Below are positions 24,244-35,431 of a stretch of DNA of 64,000 bases, in pieces. The notes beneath the pieces are model-generated. The model ran no database searches. It saw only the letters and a list, made by a program, of their open reading frames with translations, and had not been told where the DNA came from. The DNA lies in assembly GCA_029953675.1 (NCBI GenBank), contig JAMWBK010000005.1:682001-746000 (forward strand). Direction: 5' to 3'. Positions within the stretch are counted from its first letter, which is position 1; every line of letters begins with the position of its first letter. Both the position numbers and the translations under genes were made by a program. The DNA comes from Rhodosorus marinus CCMP1338 (taxonomy: Eukaryota; Plantae; Rhodophyta).

Positions 24244-25425
24244 ATGGATGAGGTTGAGAGAAGTGTTGGCAGCTCAGACTCCCATAGTCGTGTGGAGACT
24301 GGGAAGAGCGTGAGATTTGCGGGTGAGGAAGAAATAGACTGTGATGATTTCTTTCATCGAGGGTGGGTGTTCCGCAGGAACGGGTTTAGAAAAGTTCCCG
24401 TTTTCGCGACTTTAGACGGCACAAAATTCGACCTACGGGAGAGGGCTTTCAGTACCGCTGTCCTGGAGCAGATCGATGTGCGGTTTTGTAAAATAACTGG
24501 GAACAGGGCGCGGAAATCTATCTGTATCAAGTCAAAGACGCAGAAAGCGATCAGTTTCTTCACCGATTCCCGTGATGAGATGCTAACATGGTTTGAACGG
24601 TTGGAGTCGCTCGCAAACTGGGACTTGGAAAGAAACTATGAGGTGCTTGAGAAGGTGGAAAGTGACCGCGACAAAGTCGTGTACTACGCTATTGATCGAC
24701 GTACTGGGAAGCGCGTTACATTGCGAGCTGTTATGAAGTCGAAAGCGGACAAGAAGCATTTGGAGGTCGCCAAGCTTGTCTCCGAAAACCTGGAATCCGA
24801 CCACGTGGTACGAAACATGGACATTGTTGAGTCAAAGGAAAAGGTCTTCTTCGTGGAGGAATTCCCTGATGGTGGTACCTTGGCAGATTATCAGCGAAGG
24901 AGCCCTGGAGATTGCCTTCCGGAGCCGGAGGCCCGAGTGATTATCAGGCACATACTTCAGGCGGTTAATGATCTACATGCACAGGATATTGCACATAGGA
25001 ACCTAAAGCTGGAAAACGTGGCGATCATTATAGGGAAAAATGGCGACGTGAGACCAAAGATATCCGAGTTTGGAATGTCCTCCTTCACAAACGGAGATCT
25101 GCAGACGATGCGGACAACTGTGGGCTCCCCGCACTTTGTGGCTCCAGAAGTTGTGCTCAACAAAAAGTATGACAAGAAGTGCGATATCTGGTCCTGCGGT
25201 ATGATCCTCTTTGTGCTTCTCACAGGAAGACACGCGTATGAGTACAAGGATTACTCCGACTTACGGAAAACGCTCATCCAGTTCGACGTTAGTGCAACAA
25301 AGGGTTGGGACGATCTAGATCCTGATTGCCAGAAGTTTTTGGTCCGCACACTTGCCAGGAATCCAGCGGAAAGATATACCGCCGCGCAAGCACTCAAGGA
25401 TCCATGGATACTTGGAGAATCGTAG
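24244..25425 (+). CDS. PH domain plus CAMK-like kinase domain, probably a pseudokinase (intronless)
   Basis: PH-like FHRGWVFRRNG...DEMLTWFERLE, followed by a kinase fold with HRNLKLEN, ISEFG, TTVGSPHFVAPE and DIWSCGMILFVLLTG. Confidence 0.85.
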   Translation: MDEVERSVGSSDSHSRVETGKSVRFAGEEEIDCDDFFHRGWVFRRNGFRKVPVFATLDGTKFDLRERAFSTAVLEQIDVRFCKITGNRARKSICIKSKTQKAISFFTDSRDEMLTWFERLESLANWDLERNYEVLEKVESDRDKVVYYAIDRRTGKRVTLRAVMKSKADKKHLEVAKLVSENLESDHVVRNMDIVESKEKVFFVEEFPDGGTLADYQRRSPGDCLPEPEARVIIRHILQAVNDLHAQDIAHRNLKLENVAIIIGKNGDVRPKISEFGMSSFTNGDLQTMRTTVGSPHFVAPEVVLNKKYDKKCDIWSCGMILFVLLTGRHAYEYKDYSDLRKTLIQFDVSATKGWDDLDPDCQKFLVRTLARNPAERYTAAQALKDPWILGES

Positions 25426-25597
25426 CTGCCATACTGAAAGTAATTAAGAACTTTTTTTGGATAATTTTGTAAAGTTCAGGATAACATGAGCATATAGAAA
25501 ACATCCGCATAGCTGCATGGCCCAAGAACAAAACGCAGGATCCCATGGCTCTCGTTGTAGAGCCATAGGTAAAGCAAAAATAACAAAATCCCGTGCC

Positions 25598-27127
25598 CTA
25601 GTCTGCCTTCTTTCTCCGAGAGGACGTTTCGGGGTCGGGCTTCTTCTCCCCGACCTTCGACGGGCGGATGTTGATCACCAGTGCGGCTACGACGGCTACC
25701 CAGGTGATAACCGATATCACAAGAACTCCCCTGCGTATGATCTTGTTGACGATCATAAGGACGGACAGGCCTACCAAGAAAAAGCAGAACACTCCGACAA
25801 GAGCGAAAAACTTCGTGTAATCTAGCGGCTCCTGCTTCCATTCATACTTCCTTTGCTTGCTGCAAAACGCCTCCTGATCCTTTAGGACTTCATCAAGCAA
25901 AGCATCTTTCTTCACCCATGTGTTGCGGAGCCATTCTTCAAGTTCCTCCTCCCCCTCTGGCAGCTCGTTCATCGGATGGTACTGACATATCAAGTTACAC
26001 CTGCAGCTGAGTTTCCTCGAAAGTGACTTCGACATATTAGGGTGCTCTCCTTCGAAAGCAAAGGTTGCATCGATCACCCCGTCGATTTGATCTGAGGAGG
26101 CATTTAACAAGAACGAAGGATGCCGCAGCTGGCCTGTGAGAAAGATACCGATTCATTAGAGCCAACTTAAATTCGGTCACACTACCTCGCATGGTCATGG
26201 CAATCAGGGTAAACGCCTTGAAGCGCGGATAGAGCAAGTTGTTAAGCACAGGATAACCGTTCTTCTTGCAGAACTCCTGACTTTGAGCGTGCTTTTTCGG
26301 AGTCTTCCTCGTGCCTTCGGGAAAGAGGCACAGGTAGAACGGCAGTCTGGAGGTTCCCTGATATTTGTGTTTCATGAGAAGAGAGATTCTCCAACCATCA
26401 GTGGAAACTTCGGGGAGTGAGCACGAGAGATGTGCAATGCGTGATCATCTCGCACCAATTGGTTTGCCTGCTTTGTGAGAGTTTTCTTATCACTCTCCCA
26501 GTCTCTTTTGACGTACATGAACTCCAGAAAATAAGTCAACCAGCCGAATATGGGTATATACATCAACCTACGGAAGATTCGGGAGATTTAAGCAGGAGTT
26601 CATCGAAAAACATCATTGCACTTGCCAAGGCTGGCTTACGTGTCCTTCGCAATTGCCTTTGCCCCTCCTGGAAACGGTTCGCCAAGCCGTGCGAGGTATG
26701 ATAAGCCGCCAGCCCAGTCCATGTCTGTTCCATGATTTACCACAATCAGCACTTTCGAGTCTGGTGGGGCCTGCTCTCCGTACGCTGAAAATTTACATCC
26801 ACCCCAGTCCTCCAGAAGGAAAGGTCCAGCTATCATAAACCCGCTCCCAAGCCTAAGACCGCGTTTCACGAGCATTAAAACGAGAATGCCCCAATAGAAA
26901 TCACACAACACCTAGTGATCGCGATCTACCAAATTCAAGACGAAGAGCAGCCAGTTTCGAGGAAAGAGAGCTCACCAAGTACTTATAGATCTGAACAAGT
27001 GGCGGTCAAATGGCAGGATGACAAGCGCCAGCAATTGACCCACGTTTACCACGAACCCCGCTCCGCCTATCAAGAACAGACAGAACGCCGAGAGGAATCC
27101 ATCCTTAAGTTTACTAGCAACTCCCAT
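25598..27127 (-). CDS. 1-acyl-sn-glycerol-3-phosphate / lysocardiolipin acyltransferase (LPAT4/5-LCLAT1-like), multi-exon
   Basis: Exon 1 MGVASK...FRSISTW joins through intron 26853-26975 to LGSGFMIAGPFLLEDWGG. Motifs NHGTDMD (HX4D), PIFGW...FMYVKRDW, FPEGTR and LLYPRFKAF; two C-terminal TM segments. Confidence 0.88.
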
Positions 27128-29409
27128 CCCCTCTGCAAGTGCCGAAGAACAGTTGCAAACGATTCCAAGGCTTTAGAACGTAGCAAACTTCCAGACCAAA
27201 CACGAGATCGACTGTACACCATTGACCCTGCCCAACCACCCAACGAACGCCTGCGTTCTACATCGAATACCCGATCTCAAATTTCAGACAAATTTACGAC
27301 CCGAAAGTCAAAGTTTTGCCTAAATGGCTTCAATAAATCATAAATACAAAAACATTCTAAAATATTTTCATGTTCTTGGCATAATTATCGACAGGTCTGA
27401 AAATGCGCTCAACTTGGCTGGGATTGCCGTTTGATGCTTCCATGAGCGCGGGACTGACATTCTCCGGTCTGCATACGGCTCCGAGCTTCGGCCATGGCGC
27501 ATGAAAGCTGCCTGGTTGTTTGAAGCACGTAACATGCGTCTTCGGTGCGTTGGTGCTCTCAGAGTAGTTGGTCTCTGATAATCGCACTTATAACTTGATC
27601 TAATCTGACGACCATCCAACTATACCAAGGGCACAAAGTCAATCACGGAAAACATTTTCTCAACACAAAAGCGGGTCTATTCTTAACGTTGGCAATTTCT
27701 GTTTTACGAGAAATAAAAAAACTCTACTTTGGAAAGTAGGTCACTCAAGCATTCATTGTAGCTAGGGAACAGAGCAACCGGCTAGGACAAAAAAAGCACG
27801 AAGTGATAGATGCCTCCAGAGTGACCAAACTGCGCAACATCCTCAAGTACGAATTCGGTGTCGTGCTGTTCGCAGGCCAAAAGCCCGAAAACAGGGAAGA
27901 ATTTCAAACTGTCATGTTACGAGGTTGATCCACGAGCGAAAGATTTCCGAAGTTCTGTGCATTAGCGGGGCAAAACTTAACCAAGTGCTTCCTCGGCTTT
28001 CCTCCCAAGTCGGATCGGTCAAGAAGCACCTGAACTTCGATAATCACACAAAAACCCTTCCGCACTTTGAACAAAGGGTTCCAACTACAGGACTATCAAA
28101 GGGTACGCCAATGATGCTTTGACTACGACCATGCTCGATCGAAAGTAGACTAGATACAAGCAGCGATGGGCCTGCACCCGCAGAAGCTTCTTGCAATCCG
28201 AAATGGATTCAGTCGTGAGAGAAATTCACCCAGAAATTCTGAGAAACTACGCGTACTTCTCGCTATTGTGAGTACTCTGCTTGTAAACGCCAGCAAATAA
28301 GAAACAGGATGCCGATTCTCATCATCATCAGGAGCCAAACGAGCCAAAGGCGGAGATACCGGAAAGCTCTCCAACTGTGTAGTGCAGCTCAGCCCGGTTA
28401 GCCACTCCCCTTCCATTCCATCCTTTACAGTACGAACCAATGGAGCCCCTCTCATCTCACAGCAAAACAAAACCTCACAACTATTCAACGCATAACTCTC
28501 ACAAAACTTTTACCGAAGAAACATATGGACCAGTCTCATTTACGTAACTCCAATATCTACCAAATCAAATTCTCAAAAAAAGGCAAATAGCTAATGAAAT
28601 CATAATTTTCATATCTTTTTCAACAATTAACAACACGTTTCCATCCGTCTTAACTCCAACGCCTCATTGGAACCTTCCACCGTAAAATACTGAACGTCGT
28701 CACACTGATCCATCTCAATCCAAAACACCCCCCCCCCCACCCCCCCCACAACAGTGCATATTACTCCCTATTACAAGATACGTCAAAGATAATAATGACT
28801 AATATCAGTCAATACAGACAACCGTATTTATACATCCAAAATATGCATCAATATATTCACTAAACGATGATGACTTCGAGACCCCCCCAAAAAAATATAT
28901 ATATATATGTTTGTTTGAAGGGGATTTTTCGTGTACACGAAACAGCGCAGAATTTACTCCCTAATTCCACCTTTTTTGCAGGTTACGGTTTTTTTGTTTT
29001 TGATCGAATTTATACGATTTCCAATGTTGACTGAAATTTCTTTTATTTACTATTTTACTGAGTTTGATTGGAATTTTTTTATTAATTCTTTTTGGCGTAG
29101 GGCAAAAATGAAATATGAAAACTTCTAAATGGAGTAGATGGAAACTTCAGTTTTTTAAAAACGCAATTAATATATTTTGGTACACTAGAGATGTATTTAT
29201 AGAAGCGGTTTTGGAGGGGATATTGAGAAGAGCAGTGGTGGGGAAGAGGGGGGGGGGACAGCCTGGAGTAGAGGTAGGAGAGTTTTATGGACGTATGGAG
29301 CGGATGGGTAGAGAGGACACGAAATGATATGTAAGTGTTGAAGGTTGAGAACGGTGTGAGTTGTGAAGGGTGCGTGTAGTTTTTGTTTGTAGGGGTTTTT
29401 TATTGGAGG

Positions 29410-30135
29410 ATGAGCAAGCTAGTTTTTAAGCAGTTGTTTGAAGCGGAGTCGTCAACGTATACGTATATTGTTGGGGACGATGTGACAAAGGAAGCTGTGA
29501 TCATTGATCCGGTTGACTTGACCGCGGCGAGGGACGCGCACTTGATCGAGGAGCTGGGACTGGATGTTAAGTATGCGCTTAACACACACGTGCATGCTGA
29601 TCACATCACCGGGACGCATGCTTTGAGGGAGTACTTGCCAAACGCAAAGTCCGCGCTCTCCGAGAGGTCAGGCGGGAGAGCTGACGTGTATTTTAAACAG
29701 GGCGACCACATTAGAATCGGAGGGTTCACCTTGGATGTGCTTGAAACACCTGGGCACACCGATGGATGTGTATCGTTTTATGTGTATGGCTGTGGGATCG
29801 TGCCGCTTGTGTTCACAGGTGACGCTGTTCTGATTCGGGGATGCGGAAGGACAGATTTCCAGCAGGGATCTTCCGAGGTGCTGTACAAATCCATATGGGA
29901 AAGAATTTTTACGCTTCCCAGAGAAACTATTATATACCCAGCGCATGACTACAAGGGCCTCACATCCTCATCTGTAGGTGAGGAGCTTGCCTACAATACA
30001 AGGCTGCTCAAGAAGAAAGAGGAATTCGTTGAGGTGATGGCCAACTTGAACTTGCCGTACCCAAAGAAGATTGATGCGGCTTTACCCATGAACCTAGCGG
30101 ATGGGGATGTGAAGTACGTTCAGAACTCCAAATGA
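29410..30135 (+). CDS. ETHE1: Persulfide dioxygenase ETHE1-like (metallo-beta-lactamase fold)
   Basis: FKQLFEAESSTYTY, IIDPV, NTHVHADHITG, TPGHTDGC, FTGDAVLIRGCGRTDFQQG, YPAHDYKG, NLNLPYPKKID. Confidence 0.93.
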   Translation: MSKLVFKQLFEAESSTYTYIVGDDVTKEAVIIDPVDLTAARDAHLIEELGLDVKYALNTHVHADHITGTHALREYLPNAKSALSERSGGRADVYFKQGDHIRIGGFTLDVLETPGHTDGCVSFYVYGCGIVPLVFTGDAVLIRGCGRTDFQQGSSEVLYKSIWERIFTLPRETIIYPAHDYKGLTSSSVGEELAYNTRLLKKKEEFVEVMANLNLPYPKKIDAALPMNLADGDVKYVQNSK

Positions 30136-30278
30136 GGGAGATTTTTATCTATGACGTGAAATGAGGATCGGCGTCCGGATCGTAGCGCAGTGCCCAATTC
30201 TGAGTTTTGAAGAGTTTTCTGCACGTCGTGGTGACAGAATTGACTTGGGAAAAAGTGTGCCGTAGTTTGATTAGTGCT

Positions 30279-31242
30279 TTAGTTTGTTTTTCGAGGAATT
30301 AAATTGGAAAATCCAGAACCTAGCCTCCTGTCTGAGGGGATTTCGCCAACCCCACCATCTGGGGTGTCGATCTTCGCTGCTTTTCTATACTGCTCCAGCG
30401 CATTGGCCATTGCATTAAAAGATTTCGTAGCTGCGTCAGTCTTCTTTTTCTTGATCGCCTTTTTCAAGTTCTGCAGTTGCTCATCATAAACCTCGGCGTA
30501 CTTGGTCATATCCTCAACATATGAGACCTGCATATACCGGCAAACGAGGCCCACTAGCCGGTCAGAGAAACGATTTCTACTCGCCTGCCGGTGAAGCTAT
30601 CATACCTTCAAGCTCAGTCCCTGCCCAGCCAGACTTGACGCATAAAGCTTCAAGGGCCCAGACGCGTTGTCTGCTGGACCCTCGGCGAATTCTTGCAGTT
30701 TCGTCCAATCCTTCTTGTCCAAAGCATCGCGGGCGTCTTCAATTTTGTCAGCGCATTCCTTCCATAGGGTAATAGAGATGTGAAAGATCGACTTCAGTGA
30801 TGCGCAGAGGAACAGGGGGGTAAGCTTGCCTCGTTCGCACCTTTACTCGAGGTAAGTACCGTTTCCTCGCCGTGGGGAAATAGTAGTTTGCTCGGAGATT
30901 CGCATCTATTTCTGATTCTACATCAGCTGAGCCTTCCAGTTTCTTTCTCTCGGCTTCCTCGGCGAGCTCCTTCTGCCGCTCAAGCCTTTGCCTTCTCGCA
31001 TCTGCCTTTGCAGCCCTCTCTTCTTCTAGCTCTTCAGGCGACTTCTTGGACTTCAATTCTTCCATCAGCTGCTCTCGAGACTTGGGGAGCACTCCCGCAA
31101 ACGCCGGAGCTGCATAATAAAACGCAGATCCTGCCGAAAAAAACACAAAAGACCTCCTAGACATCTCGCTCATCTTGCAAATTTCTCTGCTCCGGCGCAG
31201 ATTTGAAACGGGGCCGCTCGCGACAAACCCAAGGTGATCCAT
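30279..31242 (-). CDS. Nucleus-encoded thylakoid-lumen protein, CyanoQ/PsbQ-like, multi-exon
   Basis: Transit-like MDHLGFVASG, twin-Arg SRRS, hydrophobic stretch and A-x-A site (PAFA). The spliced core RYLPRVKECADKIEDARDALDKKDWTKLQEFAEGPADNASGPLKLYASSL resembles the CyanoQ 'W...GP' helix pattern. Confidence 0.6.
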
Positions 31243-32345
31243 CGTTGACCAAAAAACCAAACACACCCAAAAAAAACAAAAAAATGAGACCTGCTCTTAC
31301 TACCCTAGGACACTAGCGCCCAACGAGAAACTCTCGTGGCTTCTTGTCCACTCCTTCCCCAGTGCAGAAGTGCAACCACAAACACGCCCACAAGACTAGG
31401 CCCAGTCTAAACCCAAAGACAAGAGCTTCCCGATTCCTAAGCCTCCTTCCAAAAGATCCAACAAAGCCACAGCTTTACTCAGATCCTCATAGTGTTTGCA
31501 TACTACCACTCCTCAGCCAAGGACCTTGCTGCCTCCTCTTCATAGAGCGTTCGTAAGTATGCACTACAACACCGATCAATTACGAGAAGGCTCCTAATCC
31601 ACTCATTTCTTCTGTCCCAGTTCAGCACCAAAATGCATGGGACGGTGAAAACCGTACAAAAATCAACGTCCCAAAACTACTCTGAGATTTAATTATTATC
31701 TTCTTAATCTATAAAGTTTAATTATAGTTCAAAAACGTTTCTTTTTTAACTTTATTTTGCACGATTACACCAATAATTTTTAAAAAGAGTAATTTAGAGA
31801 TATATTTTTGATTCGGAATTAATTGCTATTTTGTGGGCTTGGTCGATCGTTTCTTGATGAGAAGTCAGAGGTGACGGCCTTTCTCCGCTTGCATTGCGAC
31901 TTTTCCTGGGAACAGAAGCAACAATAGGGTATTTTTCTTGTATGAACCTACAGAGAACGACAGAGCAGGATAAAGCATGAAAGCTCACACGAACTCTACG
32001 AGTCCCAACAAACCGAGAGCTGAAGGATCAAAGGCTCTGCAAGCGGGTGCAAGCCTTGTCGATTAACATCCGTGAGCCCAGTCATGTCCTTGCTAGTACC
32101 TTGCTAGAATAGCGACTCTTTGACCAACGAATGCGCGAATACTATGTTTTGTTGCCTATATCAGCTAGAGCGCTTCCGTGGTCCAACAACTTTGATGGAA
32201 CAACTTTGATGGATTCTGCGAATTTATTCCCAGGTTTGGCTCCTGCATGAATCGACTGTACATGTTGACTTTAAAAACAAACCACCGTAGTTCTTGACCT
32301 CGCTGACACTTATGAACAACTTTTGCCGATTTCCCAGCGCTGGTG

Positions 32346-33704
32346 CTAAATCTCAATTGGATCAATTTGCCATATATCAGCATCCTTCGACGTATCTCTC
32401 CTATGTGAAGAAGGCGCGCTAAAAGGTGTGGCGATCTTATCCTCCAAATATCCAGCTATATCCTCCAAGAAGCTCTGGTCCCCTGAGAGAGCTCGTGCAA
32501 CGTGTAAGATTTCCTTCGAAACCTGTGCGCCGCCAAACGTGACCCCGGCCATTGTCTTCCCTAACAGAGGCAATGAATAAACAACTTTCGGCCCTGTAAA
32601 AGAGCAGTAAGTCACCTTACCACCACGCTCGATCTCCATGTCGACTTGGACTACACCCCAAGAGAAGTCCATCTCATAGGAAACTTTGAACTTGGGTGTT
32701 TCGCCGAAGAGCCATGATTTCTGCAAAACAACCACAGAATTCGGGACTTATGGGGTTCGTTATCAAGAATAGCTCGTTTTCCCACGACTACAGCATTACT
32801 GTACCTGCTTCAGGTTCTCGATCTCCTCGATGTCCCCCTCCGTTATATCAGCGCTTCTGATCGAGATCGTGGGTTTTGATATCCCGAGTTTGGTTCTCAC
32901 CGTTCTCTCGAGCATGTGGGATACCTTATCCACGGTAAGACCCTTCACTGCATGGCTTAAGTTAATTACCTTCGAACGTACGGAGTCCGTTGCTTTCGTT
33001 GATATCTTCCCCAACTCGGGCGAGAGAATGCTTCGTTTCAGGCGCTCCAGACTGGAGTCCACGAGAAGGGTTCCATGGTGGTATGCTCGTCCTCGAGTGA
33101 GACGATACGCTGCTCCGGAAACTTTTCTGTGCAAGTTGAAAAAGTGCTGTGAGAGCCCGAAGCGCAAACTTTGAACTGCGGAACAAGACCAAATCCTTTT
33201 GCATGACTAGCTTTCTTTTCTGTTGCCATACTTTCGATCAACGAGGATATCATTCCGTTCGTTCACTTCGGCATTTATCCCAAAACCAGATTTGAGGGCG
33301 TCCGCGACAATCCCAGAGTTGGCGTTCTTGTCGTGGGACTTCACCGTGCTTATAAAGGAGTAACACAGATTCCCGCGGTCGTGATAGACTGTTCCTCCTC
33401 CACTTCTTCTCCTAGCCAGCTCAATTCCTTCTCTCGCCATGTACCTTATATTGCATTCCTATCCGAGAACAGGCCGGCCGGAAGCGTAAAAGGCTGTGGA
33501 TCAGCTGAACGCAAATCAACAAACCATACCCACGCACTAGCACAGCGTCAATACCTTCCACGGGTTTTGATTTCTTCCCATTACAACACATGGGTTACTC
33601 GAGTACATAATAAACGACCCCGGCTGCGCCTCCCTGAGAAGTCTCTCCTCCACAGCGAGATTCTCGTAGATGCTCCTCAGCTGAAGTCTAAACAGCCTCG
33701 CCAT
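32346..33704 (-). CDS. lplA: Lipoate-protein ligase A / lipoyltransferase, multi-exon
   Basis: MARLFRLQLRSIYENLAVEE, VVMGRNQNPW, RRSGGGTVYHDRGN, NERNDIL, SGAAY...HHGTLL, WLFGETPKF. Confidence 0.92.
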
Positions 33705-34166
33705 TTCGTAACCTCTTCAAGAGTCCCACCCCCTCTCTCTTCCTCCTCCCCTTAGAATCAAAAACCTTCCCTTAGCGATCCTCGAACATCGAATCTAGAC
33801 AAAGACAACCAGTCAAAGCCAGAGAAAACTAACATCTTCCCGCTAACCTCTCTCCCGACTTTCTCTCAAACACTGTATCTCCCCGACCCTGTAGACAAGA
33901 CCACCTTCCCACCGTTGAGAAAACAGATACTGCTGAACGCAATTTGGGAGGATATCGGCCTGCAGAGAACCGAATCGATGTACTTGTTGCTGCGATGCTT
34001 CGAGCGGGTTTAAGACCACACTCATGTTAAACAGCTTGACGAGGGACGTGTTCAAACCCAATATCTCTACAAAACCTCAAGACCAGTTCCAACCGTCACG
34101 GACAGAATTTCAAGCAGACTAGCTGGCCTTGAGAAATCAAATCTGCCTTGAGTCTTGGCGCTGAAC

Positions 34167-34635
34167 TTCGAGCGAATGTGAAGGGCACTGAAGTTCACAG
34201 CAGATGAGAGCTTCATTGAATGGCTTGGCTTTCATACAAGGGCTATAGATCTCCTCCTAACCCCGGTCAGGCCACTTCTTCGGCGGGGTGATTCCCCTAA
34301 ACTTGCTTCGTGACGATGTCGCGCTCAGAGATCCTCTCTATATTCTCGTTCCTGCTGTCTTTCGAGCGAACTGTAAAATGCTCAGACAGGTTCACATTAG
34401 ATGAGAGTTATAATAGAATGGCCTTTGGTTTAGTTCAAAAGCAGAAATCTTCCAAAGCCCTGGCGGGACCCCGACGTCTCCGAAGCTGTGTGAACCGTAT
34501 CCACCAGGATGCGGGTCTTCATTGAAATCGAACCTGTGGACTTGTTCTTGTCCTCTTTTTAAGCGAATGTAAAAGTGCGCTCATGTTCTCATTAGATGAA
34601 AGCTATCAACGACTCGCTTCTTGTTTTGTTCATCG
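34167..34635. repeat. Three degenerate ~70-bp repeats at ~195-bp period
   Basis: Units near 34167, 34361 and 34558 share (g/a)AGCGAA...TGT(g/a)AA...GTTC(a/t)CA(tt/gc)AGATGA(g/a)AG. Confidence 0.65.
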
Positions 34636-35431
34636 ATGTCGAGTAGCATCTCCGAGATCCTCCCGGGCATCTGGCAGAACTGTTTTTACGGCTGTAGTTT
34701 CGTCCTTGTCGTCGTTGTGTTAGAGCTGCACGGAAGCACAGTTCATTGGACTGCTTAGCAGTCTTGGGACCCGTTTACCTTTGAGTAAGTCACACATCAT
34801 CAGCCTGAGAATTTGGGAAGGATAGCCCCTCGATAGCTGTGCGATCGATACGGACTCAGCGGCTGGTCCGTTCTCGATGTTCGCAGTTCGCAGAAAGCAC
34901 ACTATCAACCGGCTCTAACGGTTATGAGTTCGGTATTTGAATCATGAAGAATGGAACAGAGTTCCTTGAAATGCCGCTCATTGACCAAGAGAGGAAAGAT
35001 ACTAGGACCACAGCGAAAGCCTAAAAGAGCTTGTCTCTGCTCAATGCAAGCTGTTCTGCAAACCAGAGGGATTCCCCGTGACCTCAGGGCTTTCATACAT
35101 GAACGTGGAACGGTGATGTACTGAGTACTTGACCCCCGATAAACCGCAACGGTCAACTGTACACGTCCTCCAAACTACTGAGGAGTTGGCCAACAAACTG
35201 ATCCGGGATAGGCCTTCCAATCACTCAGCAGTGTGATCTTGTTGATGAGGAGCTCAAGTCGTCGAGGATCAGGAGCGCTAATGTCAGCTTCCAAGTTACG
35301 CCGAAACTGATTTCCGAAACAGAAGTCCAACTTCCCTTCTTGTTCCCGAAACGACCGTGTTTTAGTCACGGGCAAAACTTTTGATATCCACGTCAATATA
35401 TGTAAATAAAACAAAATCCTGTGTTAGCAAC

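Noticed and set aside
26636-26911. Apparent frameshift at the first intron of the acyltransferase
   Set aside because: Resolved by the phase-2 acceptor at 26853, which gives a clean LPAT-like alignment.
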